From: Camelus dromedarius | Lineage: Eukaryota | Reading direction: 5' to 3' | NCBI RefSeq assembly: GCF_036321535.1 | Contig: NC_087436.1 | Span: 16,182,001 to 16,246,000 of the forward strand | Length of the DNA stretch: 64,000 nt | Part shown: positions 1 to 11,985 of the stretch, piece by piece | Layout: every line of letters starts with the position of its first letter | Numbering within the stretch: the first letter of the stretch is position 1 | Notes under the pieces: model-generated | The model's database searches: none | What the model saw: the letters and a program-made list of their open reading frames with translations, nothing else | What the model was told of the DNA's origin: nothing | Position numbers and translations under genes: made by a program

Positions 1-2849
1 TTTAGTCGTAAGAGCCATCTTTTTTATAGATTGATTTGATTTGAAGGAAAGCCTCTGGTGTAAGGGTGGCAGAGTAAATACCTGAAGAGTGATGTTCTCT
101 GTTCCGGCGATCAATACCAGCCCCATGACTCTACTTCTGGCTACCTTCTAGTTAAAAACAAATTTTTTAATTCTGACAATTTAATTGCCCTTCCCAAGTT
201 CACATTAACTTGCTTGGGGAAAAGGGGTTTAGGTAATTTTTCAAAGAGAGACCCTCCAAAGTGGTTATTTATAAAAGTCACTTTGTAATAGGAGATTTCT
301 TTAACTTTGCAGAAACTGAATCATATTTTAAAATTAAAATTAAGACTTCCTCTTATGATTAAACATTCTTTATAGAAATTGGCAGCAGCAAGCAGAGGTG
401 AATATTTAATTCTTGAGGGCATTTTCTTCCATTTTACAGTTTTAAAATCTATTAGAAATCAGTTGTAATGATTCATATCCTCCTAGTGCACAGAGAACAG
501 TTGGTCAGTTATTTATTATCGGAGCATTTTAGATCCAAGAAGAACCTAGGGCTAAAGTCTAGTATAGCTTTATTCTTTACAGATAAGGAAACTGAGGAAA
601 CAAAAGACCAACATAATTCTTGGTAAATACAGAACGAAAGCCCAGCAGGTTGACTGACTAGTCAGATTTTCTTGCCATTGTGCTATGCTGTCTTCTAAAA
701 TTCATTATTAAATATAATGGGAATTTTATATTCACATTAAAGCCCCATAAAAAATGTTTTAAATGGTGGAAAGATTGGTTTTAATTCAAATACTAAAGCA
801 GTTTAGCAGTAGACTCCTATTGAATTTAAGACATTTTTACTTAGTAGAGAATGTGCATGTTAATAGAAACGTATGAGGAGAATTTAACATAGTTTTAGAA
901 GTATGTTGTAACCACATGGAATGATACAAGTAACTCATCTGATTTTCTAGGAATGACAGACCATTGTAAAGATCCTAAATTATGCCGTTCTCTTGTATCT
1001 TCAGTAATGCCGGGTACTATTGTTTCCTTTTTAGTATCCACAAACAGTATGTTTCTACCTAAAACTTTTGAGAAACCCATGATCATTTGGAGGCGAACTT
1101 GTTCTCCTGATTATCCTTTGTAGTTTCACTAATTTTTCTAGAGTAAATTTTCTTAACTTGAAACCCTTTGGAAATTTAATAAAGAGGAATGAATTTAGGA
1201 TAATAGTTGTGTATAGGTAGGTATTCATTATGTGTCCTGTTCAGAATAAACAGTTACGGCGTGTCCTGCATATCACACTTCAGTGGATACTTGTATATGT
1301 TGTAGGTACAGTTAATGTCACTTTGTTATCCCAGTAGCTATCTTTATTTTTTTATGTTAACAAAGTGGCTAATTCTTATGTGTAAACTTCTTTTACTCTA
1401 ACGTGGACTATTAATGATTCTAGTTCACTGGCACAGTGGACTTTTAAGAAGAGATTTATATATCATAGATATAACAATTTGCTGTATTCTTTTTCTGTTT
1501 TAATTTTACTTACCTAGTCTCTGTTGCATAGTTAACTCATGCCCAGAGCTACCTCTCAAGAACTTGAACTTTACATTTTGAGGACCAGCTTTTCTCTGAG
1601 CCCTCTCATTGCTCTTAGCTTCAATGAATCAAAGTTATATTTCAAAGAAAACATTTTTGACAGATTTCTCTAATTTTATGTAACAATTGCAGTTTAGTTA
1701 TTTTGTTAAATCGATATTAAATCAGAACAAAATGTGAGATTAGATGAAGGCACTTTGTTAATAGTCACATGAAAAATTTAAACTGTTGTCATGTTTGGTA
1801 ATGATTTTATTAACCAGAAAATATCTGAATCAAGCCTTAAAATTGCACGAAAAGTATATTTTAACTTCATCTAATTAAGCTGTTATACAAATGTAGAATA
1901 TACTCACAGAAGGTATCAAAATAATTGATTCTTGTTTTAATGGTTGATTGAGTATAAGGCAAACGAAAGTTTAAAAATATACTTTTCCCAGCACATATAA
2001 ACATGATAATTATCTTTTATTTTATGCTTGGGACAGTTTTGTTCTAATTTTGAAAAAAAAAAAGTTCTTTAGCAGAAAGCTATTAGACCATTGAGAATGG
2101 AACACCAGCGCATGTGGTGTGTATTAGAGTACTGTTGGTAATTTTACTGCTGCTAACTTAAAATCCTCAAGGGGGAGTTAATTACAGGAAAACCATTCTA
2201 AATATCAGTAAGCTGCATATTTTCCATGACAAGAGGTTTTTCAGTTGAGGTTGAACAATTCCAGAATCTGAGCTTGTAAAAATAGGTAAATAAATAAAGG
2301 AGTGTTTATATGCATACAGTAGACCTATAGTACTTAAAATTTTTTTTCATAGAATTTTACTTAATTCAAAAGTTACTGTGTTTTAATATGTTATCAGCAT
2401 GATGAGAACATATTTAAAATTTTTAAATTTCAGTATTATATTTAGTGGCCATTTGTTTGAATGTGAATTTATTTACTGAGCTACGTTAAACCATTGCATA
2501 CTGCCACTGGCTACTTTTACTCATTTTTTGGTAAATATTTACAGATTAAATGATTTTTCCTTTTTTTTTTTTTCTTTCAAATAAGCTTGGTGTACTTCAG
2601 GACATGAATGGTAATAATCAGAGAAAGTATTGAGCAAGGTGTTGAATTTAGTTGTTTCTGATGTGTTTGGCATATGCTCATCAAATTTAGGCTTGGAAAT
2701 GAGTATGTTTTTATTCTGTACTTACTTATTATGATTCTGACTTTAACCTTTTAAATGCATTATGAGAAACATAAGGATCAGTAAACCAATCAGGAAATTA
2801 CATATACATTCATATTTGTATGTTGGTTATTAACCACTTTCTCTGGCAA

Positions 2850-3080
2850 AGTGGTTAGAAGCCCAGATTCCGGTGCCATATTGCCTGGATTTGAATCTTG
2901 ACTCTACTTCTTACTGTGTTTCCTTGAGCAATTTATGTAACTTCTCTGAGCCTGTTACTCATGTGAAAAGGAGAATTTAGTAGAAAGTATATGAGAATTA
3001 AATGAGTTAAATATGTAAAGTGCTCTGAACACTCCTTGGCACATGATAAGTGTCATTTACTATTAGCATTGTTATTATTT
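2850..3080 (+). mobile_element. MIR SINE
   Basis: cctggatttgaatcttgactctacttcttactgtgtttccttgagcaattt...aacttctctgagcctg...gagaattaaatgagttaa...gtaaagtgct...tggcacatgataagtg, the MIR core and 3' pattern. Confidence 0.75.
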
Positions 3081-5128
3081 CTGCTTTGAAGAAGGAATCA
3101 TAAATCCAGGAAATTAGAATGTAGCATACTGATTTTTGTAGTAAAATCTCACTGGCAACTGTAAATTTATTATAATTTACTATATTTATAAGAAAATATA
3201 GAAGATGGTGATTTCTAATGTTTCTCAGTGACCAATTTATTTTTAGTAAAACTGATAGTAAGTTGGAAAAGATCTTGTTTGGGCTAAAAGCAATGTTTAT
3301 GATTTAAAGGTAAGGAAATATGAATACTTGAAATATAAATGATATAAAAACATACTGCTGTTTTCCTAAAAAATAGTGGATTTTGATGTATTTCTTTGTA
3401 GCTTTAAAAAAGCCATTTTAATTAGATACTTTATGTCCTTTTCAAATGTTTATTCAGCCTTTCATATGTGTGCAGCGTACAATGCTCTATGTGGGTATGA
3501 AGGAAAATAAGATTTTATTTATCCATAGAGGGTATTCAAAGCTAAATATGGAAAGCTTCTTCTCATGACTTCCTTATTTAAGAGAAAGCTCCTATGTTCT
3601 TTTAAGTAGTGCCGTAAGTATTTGTATATAAAAGATATACATGGTGAACTCACAAAAAATATGGTAAAAATAAACTTTTACCTTTAACATTATCCATACT
3701 CATACCTATTAAACTCAAAGAAGCTTTGATTTGTCAGGTTAACCAGGTAAGATACATGCAGTTTAACTATTTAGAATAAATTATATAGATAAACATTAGT
3801 CATGCTACTGCAAACTGAGTGCTTTATCCTTCCTGGGTTTGGGGCCTCATGCCTACGTGGATACTGCAGTGGAGCAAAAGGCCCTGGCCATCTGATTTCT
3901 ATATCAATAGCTGCTGCCTGGGGATCAGGTGCTTTACCTCTGGGATTTCCCTATCTGGAAACCAGGATGTCAGGAGTATGGTGAGGATGCTAAACTTTCC
4001 CTTCTGTGACACTGAGAGCTTTTAAAAATCACCATCCAGAGATTAGTATCTGCTTTTATGTATTTCTTAAGGAGAAAGCTCCTCAAAGCCACGGGAGTCC
4101 TCTTGGAGGGATATGGGGCTGTGAAGTCAGATTTTTTAGTTTCAGCGTTTACTCCCTTCAGCAGCCCCCCTCTCCCCTCTCAGGCTCCACGGATGCCTGT
4201 AGGTGCTCGGCAGAGCTGCTTCTCCCCTCCTTCGTTCCTTCCTTGCCTCTCTGGCAGCCTTGTCGCAGTGCCGGGAGTCTGGTGCCGCCGCTCTCCGCGG
4301 GCTGCTCCAGTTCCGGCAGCGCGAGGCTCTTTGCCCAGATGCCTCTCATCCCGGGCTTTCTGTTATGTTTGCCCCCGGGGCGTCTTAGCCCTTTAGTTTA
4401 AACACATGGAGGAGGTAGCGTTTGAGCCTCCACTTAGTTTCCACACTGCCTTGCTCTTGGATATTTGTATAAGGGCTGGAGTGGGGGTGTGGGAGGGGTG
4501 AAATGTGGGCAAGGGCGACGGAAAGGAAAGAGGCAGGATGGAGTGAAGAGGAAGAGCATGCAGCTTCTAGGAGCTGCTAGGGCTTTATCAGTGTCAGATA
4601 TGGCTTCGGAACCTGGCCTAAGTCTGCACTGGCTGTGACTCTCTTAGCTCTCACCCTTCTTACTTCTGGATTCTCCTCCACAGCCCCTCCCCAGCCATTT
4701 CAGAATGTTTGTCACGGTAATATCATTCGCAGGAATGAATCAGTCTTCCTTATTTTTCAGTGTTAAGTAGGTATTGTTTCCACAAATAGGTTCTGATTTT
4801 TTTTTTCTACTAACACATTTCCAAAAAATGTGCTGCTTTTGAACCCTCTTCTGCCCTAACTATAAGTAAATAAACGGTTCGGTGAGCAGTGCAAGGGTCA
4901 GATTTAATGGGATTAGGGTCCTTGCTCAGGGTAACATTAGACTAGGTTTGGGGAATCCCGTTTGTCAAAAGGAGCATGTGGGCCATCCGATCACTTTCCC
5001 CGCCGTGGGTGACTCTGTGTAAAACGATTGACCATCTTTGGCCACCTCTCCTTACCTCAGTTCCCTGCCCCTCTGCCAGAGTGCTCTTCCCAGAGCTGAT
5101 GGACAGCTTTGTTTCCTTTTCATTTCAG

Positions 5129-5275
5129 CTGCAGATGAAGATATCCTTGCTAAAGGAAAACAGTCCATCAAGAGTCAGGCTTTAGGAAATCAGAACTCAG
5201 AAAACGAGATCCTCCTGGAAGGTGACGACGATACTCTGTCATCCGTGGATGAGAAAGATTTAGAGAATCTCACCG
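5129..5275 (+). CDS. LRBA: LRBA internal coding exon (147 nt, phase 1-1), (A)ADEDILAKGKQSIKSQALGNQNSENEILLEGDDDTLSSVDEKDLENLT(G)
   Basis: Polypyrimidine tract plus AG at 5127-5128 and donor GTAAAT at 5276. The translation matches the LRBA sequence as I recall it (DEDILAKGKQSI-SQALGNQNSENEILLEGDDDTLSSVDEKDLENL) and splices in frame to the exon at 7789. Confidence 0.96.
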
Positions 5276-7788
5276 GTAAATATAGCGGTTGTACCCATAC
5301 TTCAGCTGGCTCTGGGCCAATAAGCATCTAATTACTTACGTTTTGGGCGGTGACTGCTAGAATTACCAACTTTACAGCCACAGTTACATTCAATGAAGAT
5401 TGTTTTTGTTCTTCCAGACATTTTCCCCCAATGATCAATACTGTTTCCTCGTTATTTTTCAATTCTGTTCATTCTCTTTACCCTACTCATCTTTTTCTTT
5501 TATGAATAATATTCACTGGAAAAGAAAACAGTTGAAAAGCAGCAACAAGAAAATTAGATAGCTTTACCCATCTAATGGGAGTTACCTAACCTCTACAAAA
5601 TGAGAGCTATAAGTAAAATCATGCCTATTGTTTTGTGAATACAGCTTGGAGGCTGATGAGCTATTTGCTTTGATATACAGGTCTTAGGGAACATGCTGCA
5701 TATACATTTAACTCTCTCAAAAAATCCATTCCAGGAATGCTATTGCTTTTCAAGGATTCACATATTTTACCTGATGTAGGAATTTTGATTTGCACTCTGC
5801 AGATTTTCAGTTTTACTTCCCTTATGGGAAAAATTCTCTTGTTTAGCCTGAAATTTTAGTCATTCATTAAATGGCTTTTTTTTTCTTTAATGCCTGGGAC
5901 TCTGTCCCTCAACGAGGAAAGTCTGCAAGATTCTACAGTTTCTATAGGTGAAAATTATATAATCTTCAAGTTTGGTAACTTTAATTTAAAAAGCATGAGA
6001 GATCTTTTATTTAGTGACCTATCTGCATCCTGTGCTAACATGCAATGAACAATGATGAAAAATAGATGATGGTATCTTCTCTGATGACTGTAAATCTCCT
6101 GTAAAGTAAAATAAAATTAATTGGAGCATACTGCTAAGGGATTGGGGGTGGGAGTAGAGAGTGAGTGAGGCACTGCTGTTCTCTAGTCTTTTTCTTCACA
6201 TCCATTTACCCCCTTCCTCCTCCTTTATTTTGCTTCTATTCTTGCTACTAGTAATACATTCATACAGTAATAGAGGTGAAAGGGGAGTTTAATTATATAA
6301 TCTTGACAATGGCAATAGGATTAAGAAGTAATCCACACTAATAAAGTGGTGTGGGTTAGAAATGAAGTGGAAATTGTCAGGGGTCTTCTGTAGGACCTAG
6401 GCTGCCCTGGCTCCTGCAGCTGTCTGCTTACCCTGTAATTGAATGTCTGAGAATGATTGAAAAAATGTTATTTCTTCTCAGGATTACATGCTAATGTACG
6501 GAGGGCAAAGGAGACAGCAAAAGAACACATAGCTGCTTATTTCATCCATTTATAGGGATGAGCTTTGGGAAATCATGGCTGTTCTGCAGCTATCTGCTGC
6601 CCATCTGCAAACACAATGTATTTGTACATTGGGAATAGAGGGCAAAACCTGCTCTGATCTCCGCAGAGCATCCCTCCTATTGTCCTGCTGGCACACATTA
6701 AGATTGATGTGAGATTAAGGACCAACACCCTCCTAACAATCGATGAAAATGTCAATTCGTCTGAATTTTGAAACACTTATTCACCATTGATTACCTGAAT
6801 AGGTGTACCATGTTTATAGGCACTATATTAATTCAGAACCATAAATGCCAATCTTCTCTTGCTGTTTTCTTCACCTATAGGATTTTTACAATGAGGAATT
6901 TACATGGGATTTCAAATTCTTCCTACATGTGTTCTACATAAATATATACATGTTTAATTATTATTTTTAGTCCTTACTTTAGGTTGGGCTCTAATATACT
7001 CTATGCTGTTCTATCTGTAGTGAATCTATTGTTTTCAGTAGCAGGCTGATTTGTGTCTTTGATAAGCCCTGTGGAGATTTGATTATTCCAATAAAAATTC
7101 ATTCACTTGGAAACCCACCCTCCAGCTGTTTACTCCCAGAGTCCCTGAACTACACTAATATTAGATTTGGAAGCACTGCACAATATTTAACAGTGGAAAG
7201 GCAGGCTTAGAAAAGAAGTATTTTCACCACTCCTTCATGCGGTAAAGTTGTTATGGAGGAGGTTTTGTGTCAACCTGGTACAAAATCTTTATCAGGGAAT
7301 ATGGTTTAACATTGCTCACTTCACTAATAAGCTGATGATCTTTTTGCAATCATGCCTCGGCCCACCTCTAAGCTAACCTCTGGCCTTGGCAGCCTATTGA
7401 GTCTTCCTTGCTTCTGGTTGTTGTTCCATGTTGTTTGATAGCCTGAGGCTTGTTTTCTGAATGGAATGTGGAAGGACTTATTTAGGCAGAGCCACCTTCT
7501 AACCAGGAGATTAGACCAAAGCTTTGCAGACTCCCGTAAAACAATTGCATCCTAGTTAACTGTTACCATTATCCTCCCTGTTAGAGATCTCTTGGTATGA
7601 GAACCCTAACTTTGCATTTTCAGAGGGAGATTTTGTGTGTACAGAATTTGTAAGTGTAAAAAGACTTGGCAGGAAATTGGTGCTAGATGTGAGAATTTAA
7701 AAATGAAATGAAATTTTCTGCCTCAATCTATGTGATTTTTTTTTAAATGTCATTCCAACTTGTTCACCCTGTCCTTTCCTTTTGGCAG

Positions 7789-7925
7789 GCCCTGTTAGCC
7801 TGAGCACACCAGCTCAGCTTGTGGCCCCCTCTGTGGTGGTAAAGGGCACTCTTTCTGTCACCTCTTCCGAACTCTATTTCGACGTTGATGAAGAAGACTC
7901 TAACTTCAAGAAAATCGACCCCAAG
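7789..7925 (+). CDS. LRBA: LRBA internal coding exon (137 nt, phase 1-0), start of the BEACH-type PH domain: (G)PVSLSTPAQLVAPSVVVKGTLSVTSSELYFDVDEEDSNFKKIDPK
   Basis: Acceptor tcctttccttttggcAG (AG at 7787-7788), donor AAG|GTGAGA (GT at 7926). The peptide is the recognisable LRBA PH-domain start and its phase is compatible with the 5129-5275 exon. Confidence 0.97.
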
Positions 7926-8700
7926 GTGAGATGAGGAGTGGGTTTCATTTTTATGGAACTGTTTTTCCTTCTGATGGGATGGAGGGCTGCTGTTGGGTAG
8001 GGTTGGCATTAGTAAAATCTGATAGACATAGTTTGAATTTCTTGATGAATTGCTTCTGCCTGTATGCAAGGCACCTATCTCTTTTAGCTTATGATTCCTT
8101 TACCAGCTAGTTAGATTATTGAAGTTCATTTAGATTCAAAAACAATTTCTGTTTAATTGCATTTATCATTAGCTCATTCAGAGGTGGGGGGAGAACTTCA
8201 GGGAATATTGTCTATAAATGTATTTTGCCTCAAAGGGTCCAGGATGAATTAAGCTACAAAATTCAGTGAGATTGAGAGTGGAATTATTTTGTTTAGCCTT
8301 TATATTTTCTGGATATAATACCAATATATCACTCTCCTTGCTTTGTCCTCATAACTTACTACTCTGTTGTGCACGTACGCATGTCTTGTGTGCGCGAGAT
8401 ACCTCTGTTTCCCATTACGAATTTTACAAGGCAGTGCATAATTTCCTATTCTTAAATGAAAATGTAATTTCCCCTTTAAAATGAATTTCTGATTACCTTT
8501 CAGACCTTGGCAACTTTATTTTACTAAGAGACATTTGTAGCATAGCCATAAACCCAAAATTAGGTTTATTTCGTGAAAGTGAATGGTAGAATTTGTTCTG
8601 AGAAGAAACAGTCTCTTTTAAAATGAGCAAAATAAGCAACCTGTAGAAAGAGAAGAGGTTTTTAAGAAGGAAATAGTTTATTTTACAGGTTGTTGGCTAG

Positions 8701-8740
8701 TGTGTGTGTGTGTGTGTGTGTATGTTGACATACACACACA
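8701..8740. repeat. (TG)n microsatellite followed by an inverted (CA)n
   Basis: tgtgtgtgtgtgtgtgtgtgtatgttgacatacacacaca. Confidence 0.9.
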
Positions 8741-11378
8741 TATATGTATTTTGAGTTTATTGGTAGGAGATTCTTTCGTTTTGTAATCATGTGAATTATT
8801 AAGTTTTAGTGACTTAGAAGTATTCTAAAGTCGTTCTTAATGAAAATGTTATAATTTTATGAAAACCTTTATAAACAAATCATCTCTTGTCTTATGCGTG
8901 TTTCCAGCACTTGGTTTCAGTGTGGCTGCTTTTATTAAGATGGGACTTGGTAGACTCTATGAAAGGAAGTCTGTGATGGAACTGATTGTTTTGAGTTGGA
9001 AAATGCAACTAATCCAATGTAGAGAAAAGTTTAATCCTGAAATTACATCAACTAAAATTTTTTTTACTTTGTTGCATGGCTTAAATGTCTGAAAATGCAT
9101 TTTAGTTTCTTTAGGAAAGGAGGGTAACCAAAATTACTTGAACAGTCTAATTCACGGTAGTTTTGTGAGTTTGAAAGGCTGAAATTTAATTCAGAATATT
9201 CTATTATGATTTTGGACATACATGGCTTAAAATCTAAAGTATGATTTAACTTAAAAGTGTCTAATGAATTGTCCTCGTTATTAAAAAAATATCTACCAGT
9301 CTTTAAAGTTAGGCTGTTTGAAGTTACTGACTTTTCTCTAGAGGAAGTTAGAACTTTTTTATTTCTGCTTGTCGTATTCTATGAAGCATCATTAAATTAA
9401 TTTTTTTCCCTGTTGCTTGTGCAATACAGGATCTTTGAGCCTAATCACAGAAATTGCTTATACCTCTGCAACGTTCCTAATACTACAGAAATCAAAACTG
9501 TTGCTAATTTACATTCTTAAAATTTTTTCAGCCAATTATTAGAAGAACTTTTGACTTTGTATAGGCGTTGGTACTTTAAGGTATTTTGTAAATGAGGACA
9601 CTTATGTTGCTGGAATGTTTTTCTCTTCTTGTGTGTAAGCTGCATTAAATTAAATAAGGATGGAAAAAAGATACTGAATTTGGAGAATTTTTATTTCTTT
9701 TTTTCAAGACTTAAAAGGGATAAGTCTTTTTTCCTGGGATAGTTGGAGAGAGATATATGTCTAATGCATTAAATACTTCTGTGAGTGAAAAAAATGGTCA
9801 TTTTAAGACGTCATTTTTATCTTTTAAACTAACTACTGTGCCCTTAAAATCAGTAAGCACCTACTACTTGATTTGAAAAGTGTTCTTAAAAAGTAGAACA
9901 TTTTCTCAAGAGAGTAAATTCATTTGTATTATTTAAAAATTATCATATTTGTCTGAACCACTTAGTATTACAGTAAGTGTATTCTGCATCTACAGGAAGA
10001 GAGACATGAAAAAGATACAGGTTGAAAGAGTAGAGATAGATGATTTCAGAACGGATAAGATCAATGTTTATATTTCTAAACATAGAACTGTTTTTACTAG
10101 GGAATTTTTACCTGAGAATCTTACAACTGAAGCCTGTTTTATTAAGTGAACTGGGCACCAGAGCTCTAAGTAGCTTCCTAGTTTTTCATCCATCTCTGCT
10201 TTCCTGCTCACCCCTCCATACACTCCTTCCCCAACTCAAACTTCTGCCTCTGATCTTTAAAATTGCTTTTTAGAACATTTTTCTCTGTATCTCTCATTCA
10301 TGGATTTTTCTTAGTAAGTTAAAAAAAATGGGTTGATTTAAAGAATAAATTTTGAATATTAAAGGGTAACATCTGACATGTATTCTCTTCCTGTGCCTCA
10401 TTATTAGCATATGTAATGGACTATGTAGTTACCTCCAGCATAAAGAAGATGAACCAGTTCCTTTGGGATGCTTTCGGTTCTACTAATTATTTTATTTGCT
10501 AATCAGTTATTTCCTTGTATCAGATAGGAACCTTTGTTAAAGTTGGACCATGCTATGAATATATCCAACTGTTTCCTTAGAAAAGCAGAAAGAGGAGGAA
10601 TATACTTTTCATATATGTAATTTTTCTTTGGTCATTAAAATGGTATCAAAACCTTTTTTATTTAAATTGCCTATAAGCAACTTCAGAATAATTCTGAATA
10701 ATTCTGGGACTTTGACAAAAATGATCATAGATACAGCATTTATAAGTAAGCCATTTAGAAACTTGAAGTACTTTATAAATCTGGATTGTTCATATCACCA
10801 TTTGCTGGGGAAAGGAATATTGCTGTAACCGTTTTACTCTTACTGTGGTTGATTTAATTGTTAAGTGTTTATTGTTTAAAGCTTGAGGAGGACAAATGAT
10901 TGAAGGAAAAATACCAACTGATTGTGTTAACTGTTCAGAGATCCATAAATATTTCCTTTATAATTCAGACTTGGAGTGGATTTTTAAACATTACGGCATA
11001 AGAAAGCAACCTCTTAATTTTTCACATGAAAAAAATTTCTATTTTAAAAATTAGTATCATAATATGGTCTTCCATACAAAATCTGTTCTTTTTTCAAGTC
11101 TGAAATAAAATACTACTTTTAATCTTAAAATCTACAGAACAATCATATAATTGGGTAAAAATATGTCCTCTTTTCTAAAGATTTTGGTGGAAATTTGTAT
11201 GGTTAAATCTACAAAATGTGCTGCATTTGTAAATTTTGCAAACTAGAGTTAAAACAGATGCTTCTTGCATTTAGTTGCTCAGGTTCACATCCTAATATTG
11301 TAGATTACAAATTATGATCTTACCTGCCTTCATTTAAGAACAGTCCACAAACAGTCAATTACAATGTAAAGTAATATT

Positions 11379-11384
11379 TTTATT
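11379..11384 (-). terminator. MAB21L2: Probable MAB21L2 polyadenylation signal (AATAAA), implying a 3' UTR of about 0.6 kb
   Basis: tttatt on the + strand about 600 nt past the stop codon, followed on the - strand by a GT/T-rich stretch (gactgtttgtggactgttc). Confidence 0.7.
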
Positions 11385-11571
11385 ACTGTTTTCAACAAGA
11401 CTGCTTCGGGTGAGGGTAGAGGTGCGAGAGAGGGAGGGGCACATCTGACATTGGCACTGAGATACATTTAACATCCGCAAAACTTTGTTTAAAAGAGAAA
11501 TTTTACATATAATTAAATACTTTTTTTTCACTTGGTGACAACATTCAGGCAACCCAAAACAAAACGAAGGC

Positions 11572-11660
11572 TGAGAGAGAAAAAGAGAAAGAAAAGAAAG
11601 AGCGAGAGAGAGAGAAAGAAAAAGAGAAAAAGAAGAGAGGAAGCGAAGGAAAAGGGAGAA
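11572..11660. repeat. GA-rich low-complexity tract (CU-rich in the MAB21L2 3' UTR)
   Basis: gagagagaaaaagagaaagaaaagaaagagcgagagagagag... Confidence 0.85.
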
Positions 11661-11985
11661 ACTACTATACATTGATTTGAAAATGTACCTTGGGTTTCAT
11701 TTTGTGGTGACAAAGCCCGATTGCTTCTTTTGTGTGACCTTTTAAATTCACATTGTTTGGAAGAAAACGATCACTTTTGTGCAAGAATGTGATTTTGTTT
11801 GGTCGGTTGGTTTGCTCTCCTTTTGTTTACTTGTTAACGAAGGTCTTCTGCCTGGTTCCCATTTCTTTTAGGCGGCTTCCATAAAAGTTTGTGTCTGGAG
11901 TTTCCGCTGTTTGTCGCCGAGTTGTGTGTGTGTTGTGTTTGAGAGCATTCCCGTCTGTGTCGCTTTTCAAGCAGTCCCCAGCACC

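Noticed and set aside
3802..4401. Cluster of 60-131 aa ORFs
   Set aside because: Explained by a local GC-rich patch. They do not match LRBA and have no convincing exon boundaries.
5038..5331. 97-aa ORF as a standalone gene
   Set aside because: It is the LRBA exon 5129-5275 plus in-frame intronic flanks.
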